From Candidatus Aminicenantes bacterium (lineage in GTDB: Bacteria; Acidobacteriota; Aminicenantia; Aminicenantales; Saccharicenantaceae), in NCBI GenBank assembly GCA_013178315.1, contig JABLWX010000007.1, forward strand, positions 1 to 61,163: a stretch of 61,163 bases of DNA, written 5' to 3'. This document shows, in pieces, positions 9,199 through 18,937 of the stretch. A program made the position numbers and the translations under genes. Below the pieces are notes generated by a model that searched no databases, was not told the DNA's origin, and saw only the letters and a program-made list of their open reading frames with translations. The first letter of the stretch is position 1. Each line of letters starts with the position of its first letter.

Positions 9199-10533
9199 AT
9201 GGATATAGATGACCTCAGGGAATCGCTAAGGAAGAAGGCCAGGGGCCAGTCTCCGGATAAGGTCAAGGCCATCTGGCAGGAGCTCAATTCCCGGCAAAAC
9301 CTGACCACGCGGGAGAAACTGGAAAAGCTGCTGGAAATTTCCAGGAAGCAGAAGAAAGAACCGGAAGGGAAGACCATCCTGCCCGGGGAACGGCCAGGCC
9401 GGGGGGGAAGCAGCCAGCCGTTTCTCATCCTGGAAAACTCTTACCACCTCGGGGCCCGTTACGGACAGATTCCGCTGTCGCTGGGCCTGAATATTCCCGG
9501 CCAGGTCCTGGCCGTCCTGGCCAGGGACCGGGAATTTGAAAGCCTGTCACTGTCCGGGGCAGTCTTTATCGACCTGGAGACCACCGGGCTGGCCGGTGGC
9601 ACCGGGACCGTGCCCTTCCTGGTCGGCCTGGGCTTTTTCGAGAATGATAACCTGAAGATAGTCCAGTATTTCCTGAACGACCTGGCGGCCGAGGGCCGGA
9701 TGCTGGAGGACCTGAGGCAGCTCCTGGAAGAAAAAAAATTCACCTCGGTCGTTTCCTACAACGGCAAGGGCTTTGACCTGCCCCTCCTGGAGACCCGGTT
9801 TACCCTGAACCGGATGCGGCTGGTCCTGACAGGCCTGCCCCACCTCGATTTCCTGTACACGGCCCGGCACCTTTGGAAGCACAGGTATGAAAGCTGCCGC
9901 CTGTACGAGCTGGCCCTTAACCACCTGGGGGTGGACCGGGCCGAGGACATCCCCTCCGAGGAGATTCCCTGGCGGTATTTTCAATACCTGAGGACCGGGG
10001 ACTTCTCGCTGGTCGAACCGATTTTCTACCACAACCAGGAAGACCTGATGTCTCTCTACGGAGTGGTGGTGGCCGGCTCCCTGCTGGTGGCCCGGACCCT
10101 GGAACAGGATGAGGTGGACATCGAGGCTACCGAGCTACTGGGGGTGGGTAAGATCCTGGAGCGGGCCGGCCAGGTGGAAAGGTCAATCGCCTACTATGAA
10201 AAGGCCCTGGATAAAAACCTGCCGGAGCCGGTCTCGGCCAGGGTCCGGAAAAACCTGGCCCAGTATTTCAAGCGACAGAAGAAGTGGGAGAAATCGATCG
10301 AGCTCTGGCAGAACCTCCTGGAAAACAGCGAGGACCTGGAATGCTTCCGGGAGCTGGCCATCTACTATGAACATCACCGGAAAGACCCGGAGGAGGCCCT
10401 GAAGTATGCCCTGGACGGGCTGGCCCTGTCCCGGGGGCGTGACTTAAAGTACGAACGGGACTTCGAGAAAAGGGTGGAGCGCCTCAATAACAAGGTCAGC
10501 AGGCTGAAGTCCACCAGGCCAGACAGGTCCTGA
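9199..10533 (+). CDS. YprB-like RNase H-fold (DEDD) exonuclease with C-terminal TPRs
   Basis: FIDLETTG, SYNGKGFD, HLDFL, YHNQEDL; TPR-like C-terminus. Confidence 0.85.
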   Translation: MDIDDLRESLRKKARGQSPDKVKAIWQELNSRQNLTTREKLEKLLEISRKQKKEPEGKTILPGERPGRGGSSQPFLILENSYHLGARYGQIPLSLGLNIPGQVLAVLARDREFESLSLSGAVFIDLETTGLAGGTGTVPFLVGLGFFENDNLKIVQYFLNDLAAEGRMLEDLRQLLEEKKFTSVVSYNGKGFDLPLLETRFTLNRMRLVLTGLPHLDFLYTARHLWKHRYESCRLYELALNHLGVDRAEDIPSEEIPWRYFQYLRTGDFSLVEPIFYHNQEDLMSLYGVVVAGSLLVARTLEQDEVDIEATELLGVGKILERAGQVERSIAYYEKALDKNLPEPVSARVRKNLAQYFKRQKKWEKSIELWQNLLENSEDLECFRELAIYYEHHRKDPEEALKYALDGLALSRGRDLKYERDFEKRVERLNNKVSRLKSTRPDRS

Positions 10534-10649
10534 GCCCCGGCCGGTCTTGGACTGAAGCGGGGAAGGGCAGTTAGGTTCTGGCAGGGACAGGAAGCCCGCT
10601 TGACCGGTCAGGTCTTCACCCGGCTCAGTCCTTGACAAGGAGGTTGGCG

Positions 10650-11651
10650 GTGCGAGCCATGGTTGTTTCCGGGTTCAAACCCGTTGAGGAAAATCCGTTG
10701 CAACTGCAGGAAGTCGACCGCCCGCATCCCGGGCCCGGCCAAATCCTGATAAAGGTCAATTACTGCGGCGTCTGCCATACCGACCTGCACACGGTGGAGG
10801 GGGAGTTGCCGGAAGTGCCGCTGCCGAGAATTCCAGGGCACCAGGTGGTCGGGGTGGTGGAGCAAAAGGGAGAGGGGGCCGAACTTTTCAGGAAGGGGGA
10901 CCGGGTCGGCGTGGCCTGGTTGTACAGCGCCTGCGGCCACTGTGGCTTCTGCCGCCGGGGGCTGGAGAACCTGTGCCTGGAAGCCAGGTTTACCGGCTAC
11001 CAGGTTGACGGCGGTTATGCCGAGTACCTGGTCGCTCCCGAAGACTTTGCCTACGAGCTGCCCGAAAATTTCCCCGACGAGCAGGCCGCCCCGCTGCTCT
11101 GTGCCGGCATCATCGGCTACCGGGCGCTCCGGCTGAGCCGCATCAAGCCCGGGCAGAAACTGGGGCTGTACGGTTTCGGGGCCTCGGCCCACGTCACCAT
11201 CCAGGTGGCCAGGCACTGGAACTGCCGGGTTTACGTTTTTTCCCGAAGCCAGGAACACCGGCAACACGCCCTGGAACTGGGAGCCTGCTGGGCCAGGAAA
11301 CCCGATGAGCTTCCACCGGAGAAACTGGATTCCGCCATTGTTTTTGCCCCGGCCGGAGAAGTGGCCCGCCTGGCCCTGAGAGCGGTGGACCGCGGCGGGA
11401 CCGTGGCCCTGGCCGGAATATACATGAGCCCGATTCCTGAAATTAATTATGAAAGCGAACTTTACCACGAAAAATGCCTGAAGAGCGTGGCCAACGCCAC
11501 CAGGCAGGACGGAGTCGAGTTCCTGAAGATGGCGGCCGACATCCCCATCCAGACCGAAGTCAAAATTTACCCCCTGGAAGAAGCTAACCGGGCCCTCTAT
11601 GAAGTCAAGCACAGCCTGGTCAACGGGGCGGCCGTTCTTAAAATTGGCTGA
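10650..11651 (+). CDS. Zinc-dependent alcohol dehydrogenase (MDR family)
   Basis: CGVCHTDLH, PGHQVVG, CGHCGFC..NLC, LLCAG, GLYGFGASA; GTG start after AGGAGG. Confidence 0.92.
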   Translation: MRAMVVSGFKPVEENPLQLQEVDRPHPGPGQILIKVNYCGVCHTDLHTVEGELPEVPLPRIPGHQVVGVVEQKGEGAELFRKGDRVGVAWLYSACGHCGFCRRGLENLCLEARFTGYQVDGGYAEYLVAPEDFAYELPENFPDEQAAPLLCAGIIGYRALRLSRIKPGQKLGLYGFGASAHVTIQVARHWNCRVYVFSRSQEHRQHALELGACWARKPDELPPEKLDSAIVFAPAGEVARLALRAVDRGGTVALAGIYMSPIPEINYESELYHEKCLKSVANATRQDGVEFLKMAADIPIQTEVKIYPLEEANRALYEVKHSLVNGAAVLKIG

Positions 11652-11704
11652 GGCCGGTTGAAAAATCTGTCCCGGTAAGATAATATTTAATAGATTTTCG
11701 CTAT

Positions 11705-11778
11705 GCGCCCGTAGCTCAGTTGGATAGAGCGACTGACTACGAATCAGTAGGCCGCAGGTTCGAGCCCTGCCGGGCGCA
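11705..11778 (+). tRNA. tRNA-Arg (ACG); CCA end not encoded
   Basis: Acceptor stem GCGCCCG/CGGGCGC, D arm GCTC/GAGC, anticodon arm ACTGA-CTACGAA-TCAGT, T loop GGTTCGAGCC. Confidence 0.95.
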
Positions 11779-11795
11779 CTCTTCATCTCCGCTTG

Positions 11796-12503
11796 ATGAA
11801 AGCACTTCTTTTAATAGGCCCACCCGGTGCCGGTAAGAGTCCGCTCGGAGATTACCTCCAGGAACAATCCATCGCCGGGAAAAGGTTCTGTCATCTTGAT
11901 TTCGGCCGGGAGCTCCGGGAAATACTCAAGGAGCATTCCGCGGCCGGGTCCGGCAGCCAGGCTGAAAAGGGAGCAGGAAAAAAAGAAACATCAGGGCAGG
12001 AAGGAGAAGCCGGCCTGGCCGCAGCCGGCCATTTCAGCCGGCAGGAACTGGAGCGGATCAGGCAATCGGTGGAAACGGCCAGCCTGTTTGAAGAGGCTGA
12101 CCGGGAGCTGGTCAGAAAAATTGTCCGCCATTTCCTCGAAAAAAACACGATCGGTGAAGACGATATCCTGGTACTTAACGGGTTGCCGCGTCACCGGGCC
12201 CAGCTGGGCTGGCTGGAAGATATTTTGACCATCGCCCTGGTGGTAAGCCTTGACTGTCCCGAGGACGTGGCCGTGAGAAGAATCCTGGCCAACCTCGACG
12301 GGGAACGTCAGGGGCGCGAGGATGACCGGCTGGAGGTCATTGTCCGCCGCTACCGCCTTTACCAGGAAAAGACCGGGCCGCTTCTGGAATATTTCCGCCA
12401 GTCTGAAGTTCCGGTTATAAGCCTGAAGGTCGACCGGGAGACCAGGCCGGAAATCCTCTGGCCGAAGCTCCAGTCTTCTCAGCTGCTGGCTCAGTTAGAT
12501 TGA
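11796..12503 (+). CDS. Divergent adenylate kinase-like NMP kinase
   Basis: P-loop GPPGAGKS, LNGLPR, REDDRLEVIVRRYRLYQEKTGPLLEYF. Confidence 0.75.
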   Translation: MKALLLIGPPGAGKSPLGDYLQEQSIAGKRFCHLDFGRELREILKEHSAAGSGSQAEKGAGKKETSGQEGEAGLAAAGHFSRQELERIRQSVETASLFEEADRELVRKIVRHFLEKNTIGEDDILVLNGLPRHRAQLGWLEDILTIALVVSLDCPEDVAVRRILANLDGERQGREDDRLEVIVRRYRLYQEKTGPLLEYFRQSEVPVISLKVDRETRPEILWPKLQSSQLLAQLD

Positions 12504-12570
12504 GCGCCTCTCCATTACCGCTAATTAATTAAGCCCCGATTGGCTTCCGGCCGAGGCTGCCCGGACTCTA

Positions 12571-12594
12571 ATATATGAATGGTCATTCATATAT
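12571..12594. promoter_or_regulatory. Palindromic operator-like site ATATATGAATG-GT-CATTCATATAT
   Basis: Perfect 11-bp arms; 22/24 identical to the site at 36330-36353. Confidence 0.6.
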
Positions 12595-12796
12595 CAGCCC
12601 CGGGTCTTGCCCCGTGAAATCCCGGCCAGTTCTCTTAGGCCCGCACCGTATCGAGAAGTTATAGCCCGGCCTCAAGAACTGAATGAGTTAAAAAATGATG
12701 ATCGTGGCCCTGAAGTAATTTACGATTATTTTCCGCCAGCCAGCGCCCGGTGAAATTCACCTGTATTTTTTTGGTCTGTGCCGGTCAGGTCCCGGC

Positions 12797-14140
12797 TCAG
12801 CCGGTGAGCTTCCGGGCTTCCAGGTAGAACCGCTTTTCCCAGGCCTCGCCCATGGAGAAAGTCTTGCGGGGCAGGGCCCCGTCCAGGATGACCGTGGGAA
12901 AAAGCTGGCACTTGTCCATGGCCGGAAGGTAAAAACCCAGGTTCCCGGGTTTCTGGCGGCTCAGGTTTAGCAGCGAGTCATCGCCGTGAACGTAATCCAG
13001 GCCGGAAGCTTCCTGCTTTTTCAGGTAATCATCCAGGAAGGCCTGCAAACTGCCCACGGTCAGGTTGTGTTTCGGTTGCAGGAACCTTATGGAGTGGAAG
13101 CTGTTCTGGCCGACCAGTCCGGCTATCTGTTCCTGGTTCCGGCGGGAATTGACCGCCTGTTTCATTTCTTCAAAATCGCGGTGTTCTCGCAGTTCCACCC
13201 GGCCGTTAAAGAACTCCACCAGGTTCGGGACCAGGTTGTCCGGCCGGCGGACTTCGAACAGAACGCGGTGAATCGGCTCGAAGACCAGGGACTCATCGTG
13301 GAGGTTGACCACCTCCACCAGGGCATAACGCAGGGGAGAGTTCCTCAGGTCTTCCGGGTTTCGCGCTGCAGCCTTGGTCCTTTCCCAGATGGTCTTGGCC
13401 GTGGCCAGGGAGTGGTTGCCGTCGCCCACGGCGAACAGCAGCAGGGGAGTCCTGTCCGGCAACCCGTACTTTTTCTGGAATTCCTCCGGGCTGGCCAGGC
13501 GGGACAATCCATCCATGATCATTTTTTCTACTTCGGGCCGGTCGACCAGGAAACCGCGCAGCCGGCCGGAGTTGAACATCAGCTCGAAGTCGTACAGTTT
13601 GCTCAATTCCCGGCTGTGGTCGGCGGCCGGGCCGATGACCAGGTGGGCCGGGTCATCAATAAGAATCATGATGTGAGGGGCCTCGAGGGCCGCTCCTTCT
13701 CTTATCTTCACCCGGGGCGGAATTCTTTCGATGATGGTGCCCTCGGTGGCCCGGATGAGGCTGCTGGCCCTGGGATTGTAATCGTAAGCCTCCAGGTCCA
13801 GGCAGAAGAGAAGTCCTCGCCGCCAGCCATGGGCGGTTTCTCGCTCGACGTAAATCATTCCGGATACCTCCCGGAAAAGCCCGCGGCCTAAGTAGTCCTT
13901 CATGGCGGCCTGGATCCTGGCGATGCGCGCCTCTTTATCCGGAGAGTTCAGGTAAACTTCGGGGTAGATCAGGTGCAGGGTGGACGGGGCTTCCCCGACC
14001 AGCTCTTCCACCCTTTTCCAGTATTCCGGTTCCGAGGTGTACTGGTCGCAGGCAATCACCGACCACTTCTGAAGGTCCAGGCCCTCTGCCGGCAGCAGGA
14101 TTTCCGGGATGGCCATTCCCAGAGAACTGAAAATTTTCAT
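12797..14140 (-). CDS. DUF1015 family protein
   Basis: WSVIACDQYTS, IRATEGTIIERIPPR, FAVGDGNHSLATAK, GALPRKTFSMG. Confidence 0.9.
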   Translation of the reverse strand: MKIFSSLGMAIPEILLPAEGLDLQKWSVIACDQYTSEPEYWKRVEELVGEAPSTLHLIYPEVYLNSPDKEARIARIQAAMKDYLGRGLFREVSGMIYVERETAHGWRRGLLFCLDLEAYDYNPRASSLIRATEGTIIERIPPRVKIREGAALEAPHIMILIDDPAHLVIGPAADHSRELSKLYDFELMFNSGRLRGFLVDRPEVEKMIMDGLSRLASPEEFQKKYGLPDRTPLLLFAVGDGNHSLATAKTIWERTKAAARNPEDLRNSPLRYALVEVVNLHDESLVFEPIHRVLFEVRRPDNLVPNLVEFFNGRVELREHRDFEEMKQAVNSRRNQEQIAGLVGQNSFHSIRFLQPKHNLTVGSLQAFLDDYLKKQEASGLDYVHGDDSLLNLSRQKPGNLGFYLPAMDKCQLFPTVILDGALPRKTFSMGEAWEKRFYLEARKLTG

Positions 14141-14378
14141 CTTATGAATCCTTTCCTGTTTCAGGAATATGAAGTTTTTTTATATAACAATCGACGGCAT
14201 TTTTCAATTGCCGGCAGCCTGACCGGAGGGGTGTACGAGCGGTCGAGGACAGCCCGGTGGCCGCCAGAGCTCTGGTTCTGGGCCGGCAATTAACCTTTCG
14301 GTATTTCCAGAAGTAATATTGGGCCATTTTTGTCGACTCCTGTCGGTCTTCTTAACTTCACGGGTCATGTTTTAGGAT

Positions 14379-14407
14379 TTGACAAAAGCCGGCCGATAAA
14401 CTATAAA
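14379..14407 (+). promoter_or_regulatory. Sigma-70 promoter of the acyl-CoA dehydrogenase gene
   Basis: TTGACA-17nt-TATAAA. Confidence 0.7.
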
Positions 14408-14454
14408 AGCTCATCATCAGGGCTTAATAAATTTACATAACAGTGAGGTGCGAT

Positions 14455-15609
14455 GTGATTTCCTTTGAGCTTACCGAAGAGCTGAAAGCCTTGCAGGACA
14501 TGGCCCGCTCCTTTGCCGAAAAGGAGATGAGGCCCAAGGCTGCCCTCTACGACCGGGAAGAGAAATTTCCGGAAGAGGTTATGCAGAAGGCCTTCGAGGC
14601 CGGCTTCCTGACCTGCAATGTTCCGGTGGAATACGGCGGCGGAGGGTTGAGCGACCTGGAGGTGGCCATAATCTCGGAAGAGCTGGCCTGGGGTTGCGCC
14701 GGCATGTACACCACCATGATGGCCAACTCCCTGGCCTTCACGCCAATCATCCTCTTCGGCAGCGAAGAGCAGAAGCAGAAATTCCTGACGCCATTTTCCC
14801 GGAAGATGGCCTTTGCTTCCTACTGCCTGACCGAAAGGGAGGCAGGCTCGGATACCTCGGCCATCAAGACCATTGCCCGAAAGGATGGCTCGGATTACGT
14901 GATCAACGGTTCCAAGTGTTTCATCACCAACGGCGGGGTGGCCAGCCTGTACGTGGTCTTTGCCAATGCCGCCCCGGAGAAAGGAGCCCGGGGTATCACC
15001 GCCTTCCTGGTACCCAGGGAGACACCCGGCGTGACCATTGGCAAGGTTGAGGACAAGATGGGTCACCGGGCCTCCAACACGGCCGAGATTTTCTTCGAGG
15101 ACGTCCGGGTGCCGGCCGAGAACATCATCGGCCGGGTGGGCCAGGGCTTCCTGATAGCCATGAGAACCTTCGACCGTACCCGTTCGGCCGTGGGCGCGGC
15201 CGGGGTCGGCCTGGCCCGGGCCGCCCTGGAGTATGCCGTGGATTATGCCAAGACCCGGGTCCAGTTCGGCCAGCCCATCGCCACCTTCCAGGCCATAGCC
15301 TTCAAGATTGCCCAGATGGCCATGGAAATAGAGGCGGCCCGGTTGCTGGTCTGGAAGGCCGCCTGGATGGTCGATAAGGGCCTGCCCTGCGGGCTGAACT
15401 CGGCCATGGCCAAGTGCTTCGGTTCCGACCTGGCCATGTGGGCCTCGCTCGAAGCCCTGCAGATCCTGGGTGGTTACGGTTACATGAAGGACTACCCGGT
15501 GGAAAAGCTGGTCCGCGACGCCAAGCTGCTCCAGATTTACGAGGGCACCAACGAGATTCAGCGCCTGGTGATTTCGCGGGAAGTGATCGGACCGATAATC
15601 AGGAAATAA
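14455..15609 (+). CDS. Acyl-CoA dehydrogenase
   Basis: YCLTEREAGSD, NGSKCFITNG, KMGHRAS, RVQFGQPI, GGYGYMKDYPVEKLVRDAKLLQIYEGTNEIQR; GTG at 14455 follows GAGGTG. Confidence 0.95.
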   Translation: MISFELTEELKALQDMARSFAEKEMRPKAALYDREEKFPEEVMQKAFEAGFLTCNVPVEYGGGGLSDLEVAIISEELAWGCAGMYTTMMANSLAFTPIILFGSEEQKQKFLTPFSRKMAFASYCLTEREAGSDTSAIKTIARKDGSDYVINGSKCFITNGGVASLYVVFANAAPEKGARGITAFLVPRETPGVTIGKVEDKMGHRASNTAEIFFEDVRVPAENIIGRVGQGFLIAMRTFDRTRSAVGAAGVGLARAALEYAVDYAKTRVQFGQPIATFQAIAFKIAQMAMEIEAARLLVWKAAWMVDKGLPCGLNSAMAKCFGSDLAMWASLEALQILGGYGYMKDYPVEKLVRDAKLLQIYEGTNEIQRLVISREVIGPIIRK

Positions 15610-15625
15610 GCAGTTTCTGGAAGAT

Positions 15626-15662
15626 AAAAAAAGGGCCTCTTCCGAGGCCCTTATTCATTTTT
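15626..15662. terminator. Bidirectional intrinsic terminator
   Basis: AAGGGCCTC-TTCC-GAGGCCCTT hairpin with an A-run on the 5' side and T-rich 3' side, between convergent genes. Confidence 0.8.
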
Positions 15663-15694
15663 GGTTAAGAAAAAAGGAAAACAGGTGGGGGATA

Positions 15695-16081
15695 TTACTC
15701 TTCGAATTTCTCGGGGATGATAGCCAGTGTCTCTACGCCAGCGCCTTTGCAGATATCCATGACTTCCATGACCTTGCTGAAGGGCAGCTTGGCATCGGCC
15801 CGGATGAAGATGGTCTTATCCTGGCGGGCCGCATACAGACGGCGCAGCTCTTCCAGGAGCATCCTGAGCTCCAGCGGGTTTCTCTGTATTTCAACCTGGT
15901 CATTTTTCTTAACGGTCAGAACGATGACGTTGGGGTCCTGGCCGCCTTTGCTCTCAGCCTGGACTTCGGGCAGCTTGGCATCGATGCCCATCTGAACCAT
16001 GGGAGTGATAACCATGAAGATGATCAATAAGACGAGTAAGACATCGCACAGCGGAACGACATTGGGTTCTGCTTTCGCCAT
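15695..16081 (-). CDS. ExbD/TolR biopolymer transport protein
   Basis: PNVVPLCDVLLVLLIIFMVITP transmembrane motif; IFIRADAKLPF. Confidence 0.9.
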   Translation of the reverse strand: MAKAEPNVVPLCDVLLVLLIIFMVITPMVQMGIDAKLPEVQAESKGGQDPNVIVLTVKKNDQVEIQRNPLELRMLLEELRRLYAARQDKTIFIRADAKLPFSKVMEVMDICKGAGVETLAIIPEKFEE

Positions 16082-16259
16082 ACTCTCCTCCTTAAAGTTG
16101 TTAGGAAATGATTTTATTGCAAACCGCAGGGTTTGTCAATTAAAAATCCTGTCCGACCGCGATTTTTTAGAATGTATTTTCTCAGATTTTTAACCCGGAA
16201 GCAACCGGGCCTTTGAATTTTTTTCCCGGCCGGGTTATATTCATGATGGAGGAGGAGGG

Positions 16260-16532
16260 ATGAAAGACTTAAAAGTGGAAGTGGTGGAGGTCATCTCCCG
16301 CTGCGGCGCCCGGCATAAGCCCGGCGATTGCTTTTACATCAGGGGCGAAGGGATGCTGGAAGTCCCCGAGGGGAAGAGGATCTGCCTGTATGCCCTGAAC
16401 AGCCTGTTTCCCTTCCTGACCGCCAAGCAGCGCCAGGATGAGTTGCCCCAGGACGACTGGATTGCCGAAACTGAAATTCTGACCTGTCCCGACCCCAGGG
16501 GGGTCAGGTTCAGGATCACGGCGCTCGACTGA
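16260..16532 (+). CDS. Small Cys-motif protein, TIGR04076-like
   Basis: CGARHKPGD, ICLYALNSL, CPDP; strong GGAGG RBS. Confidence 0.75.
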   Translation: MKDLKVEVVEVISRCGARHKPGDCFYIRGEGMLEVPEGKRICLYALNSLFPFLTAKQRQDELPQDDWIAETEILTCPDPRGVRFRITALD

Positions 16533-16626
16533 GCGGGTGCAGGCCGTCGCTCTTTGATTTTTGCCTCCGGCTGTGGTATATCTCTGTCTATTTTTCCCGG
16601 CACCAACTCTCTGACCGGAGGACAAG

Positions 16627-18387
16627 ATGAACGTCCTGCTCCTGCTATTCATAGCCATAATATTATTTATCCTGGCCGGCCGCTTTTATGCCGGTTACCT
16701 TTCCCGCAAGCTCGGGGAAGACCCGGCTCACCCCACCCCGGCCGTCACCTGCAACGACGGACGCGATTACGTCCCCACCAGGAACTACATCGTCTTTGCC
16801 CATCATTTCTCGGCCATCGCCGGGGCCGGCCCCATCCTGGGTCCGACCATGGCCCTGCTTTATGGCTACGTGCCGGCCTGGCTGTGGATTGTTTTCGGCG
16901 GCATCTTCATCGGGGCCGTCCATGACTTCAGCGCCCTTTTCGTGAGCATGAGAGAGGGCGGGCGGTCGATGGCCGAGGTGGCCCGCCGCACGCTGGGACC
17001 GGCCGGCTTCAACCTGTTCATCGGTTTTACCATCGTCATGATCGTCCTGGTGACTTCCTCCTTCCTCAATGCCACCTCCATCTCGCTGACCTCTCTCTGG
17101 CCGCTGGCCAAGATCGGGGTCAAAGAGGGAGAGACCTTCCTCAAGACGGCGGTGGTGGATGGCGTGGTCATGGGCCGCATCGGGGGCATCGCCTCCATGT
17201 CGGTCATCATAATAACCCTGAGTTCGCCGCTGCTGGGCTGGCTTCTTTATAAAAAAAGAATGAAAACCGCCCTGGCCTACCTGCTGGCCCTGGCCATCGG
17301 GGTGGTTTCGGTCATCGCCGGCATTCACTACCCGGTCACCCTGAGCCCCAGGACCTGGATGATAATAATTTCCATCTACGTGCTGATAGCGGCCGGGGTT
17401 CCGGTCTGGGTGATTCTCCAGCCCAGGGATTTCATCAACGTCCAGATCCTTTACGGAGGGATAATCCTCCTGGTTCTGTCGGTCTTCAACACCGGCTTCC
17501 ATGGCCTGAAGGTGACCATCCCGGCCTTCAACCTGCAGGAGGGCATCCAGAACCTGGGCCTGATCTGGCCGATGATGTTCTGCACCATTGCCTGCGGGGC
17601 CATCTCTGGCTTTCACGCCCTGGTGGCAGGCGGGACCACCTGCAAGCAACTGCCCTGCGAGAAGGATGCTCGCCGGGTGGGCTATAACGCCATGCTCCTG
17701 GAGTCGGTCCTGGCCGTTTGCGTGGTCCTGGCAGTCGGAGCGGCCCTGGGCTTCGGCGATTACAAATCGATTGTCTGGCCGCAGGACCCGGCCGTCAAAT
17801 CCAATCCCATTCTTGGCTTTTCCCTGGCTGCCGGGCATCTATTCAACCTGGGCCTGGGTATCCCTGTGGCCCTCGGCACCATTTTTGGCATCCTGCTGGT
17901 GGAAGGTTTCGTGGTCACCACCCTGGACGCGGCCGTCCGTCTTAACCGTTACCTTTTTGAAGAGCTGTGGTCCATAGTCTTCAAGAATCCCCCCAGCTTC
18001 TTAAAGAATTACTGGGTTAATTCGGGGCTGGCGGTGCTGCTGATGTGGGTCCTGGCCTATTCCAACGCCTTCAACGTGCTCTGGCCCATCTTCGGCACGG
18101 CCAACCAGCTGCTGGCCGCCCTGACCCTGTTTGCCGTCTCGGCCTGGCTGTTGCTCCGGCGCCGGCCCAACTGGTTTACCCTGGTGCCTGGAGTTTTCAT
18201 GCTTCTGACCACACTGGCTTCGCTGGTCATCCTGTTGCGTTCCTACTGGCTGAAGAAAAATTACATACTGCTGGCCGCCGACTGGCTGCTGCTGGGACTG
18301 GCCGTGGGCGTGGTCATCCTGTTCATCAGGACATTTTCAGGACGCGGGCAGAGAAGAGAGGGCCAGGCGACGGAGACGGGTGGCTGA
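16627..18387 (+). CDS. cstA: Carbon starvation protein A family transporter
   Basis: DGRDYVPT, FAHHFSAIAGAGPILGP, GAVHDF, IACGAISGFH, WPIFGTANQLLA. Confidence 0.92.
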   Translation: MNVLLLLFIAIILFILAGRFYAGYLSRKLGEDPAHPTPAVTCNDGRDYVPTRNYIVFAHHFSAIAGAGPILGPTMALLYGYVPAWLWIVFGGIFIGAVHDFSALFVSMREGGRSMAEVARRTLGPAGFNLFIGFTIVMIVLVTSSFLNATSISLTSLWPLAKIGVKEGETFLKTAVVDGVVMGRIGGIASMSVIIITLSSPLLGWLLYKKRMKTALAYLLALAIGVVSVIAGIHYPVTLSPRTWMIIISIYVLIAAGVPVWVILQPRDFINVQILYGGIILLVLSVFNTGFHGLKVTIPAFNLQEGIQNLGLIWPMMFCTIACGAISGFHALVAGGTTCKQLPCEKDARRVGYNAMLLESVLAVCVVLAVGAALGFGDYKSIVWPQDPAVKSNPILGFSLAAGHLFNLGLGIPVALGTIFGILLVEGFVVTTLDAAVRLNRYLFEELWSIVFKNPPSFLKNYWVNSGLAVLLMWVLAYSNAFNVLWPIFGTANQLLAALTLFAVSAWLLLRRRPNWFTLVPGVFMLLTTLASLVILLRSYWLKKNYILLAADWLLLGLAVGVVILFIRTFSGRGQRREGQATETGG

Positions 18388-18398
18388 CCCCGGGTTTC

Positions 18399-18794
18399 TT
18401 ATTGCAGGGTTTTCAGGGCCTTCTTGTTGTTGCTGGTCTTGAAGACTAGGAGCGTTCTGCCGGCTCCAGCCGAGGAACCGTAGGAGTACTTGATATCTAT
18501 GACCGCTCCGCCCAGCAGGGCGCCGATTTCCGCTCCCACCCCGATGCGGTCGGTCACTTCAACCGTGATGACCCGGGTGACCTTTATCTTGTAGCGAAGC
18601 GCTTTCAGGGCCGCTTCGGCTTTCTTGTTGTCCGAGGTGATCAGGCGAAAGTGTCCCCGGTTTTCTTCTGAAAAAACGCAGTAAGCCCTTAAATTTATTC
18701 CAGCGTTGGCCAGGGTGCCCAGGACCCGTCCGAAAATGCCGGGCTCGTTGGGAGTGATGACATGCAGTTCGGTTTCTTCCTTGACCACGTTCAC
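18399..18794 (-). CDS. Tandem ACT domain protein
   Basis: NEPGIFGRVLGTLANAGINLRA; second ACT repeat DRIGVGAEI..L. Confidence 0.8.
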   Translation of the reverse strand: MNVVKEETELHVITPNEPGIFGRVLGTLANAGINLRAYCVFSEENRGHFRLITSDNKKAEAALKALRYKIKVTRVITVEVTDRIGVGAEIGALLGGAVIDIKYSYGSSAGAGRTLLVFKTSNNKKALKTLQ

Positions 18795-18937
18795 CTTGTT
18801 TCTCCTTTTCTCCTGATCTCGGTTTACAGGTCCGCAGAATAAGTCTCAATATAAAATTATTAATTCATCATCAACCTATTTTTTTTACCGTATTTTTATT
18901 ATAATTTCAACCAATTTTATTAAAAAAAGAGGCACGG

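Noticed and set aside
14167-14186. Possible third copy of the ATATGAA..TTCATAT operator upstream of DUF1015
   Set aside because: The spacer is one base short and there is a mismatch, within a T-run where chance matches are likely.
14230-14275. Minus-strand CTGGCGG/CCACCGGG resembling a ZTP riboswitch
   Set aside because: No GTGG partner strand and no 3' CCGCCTGGG pseudoknot segment.
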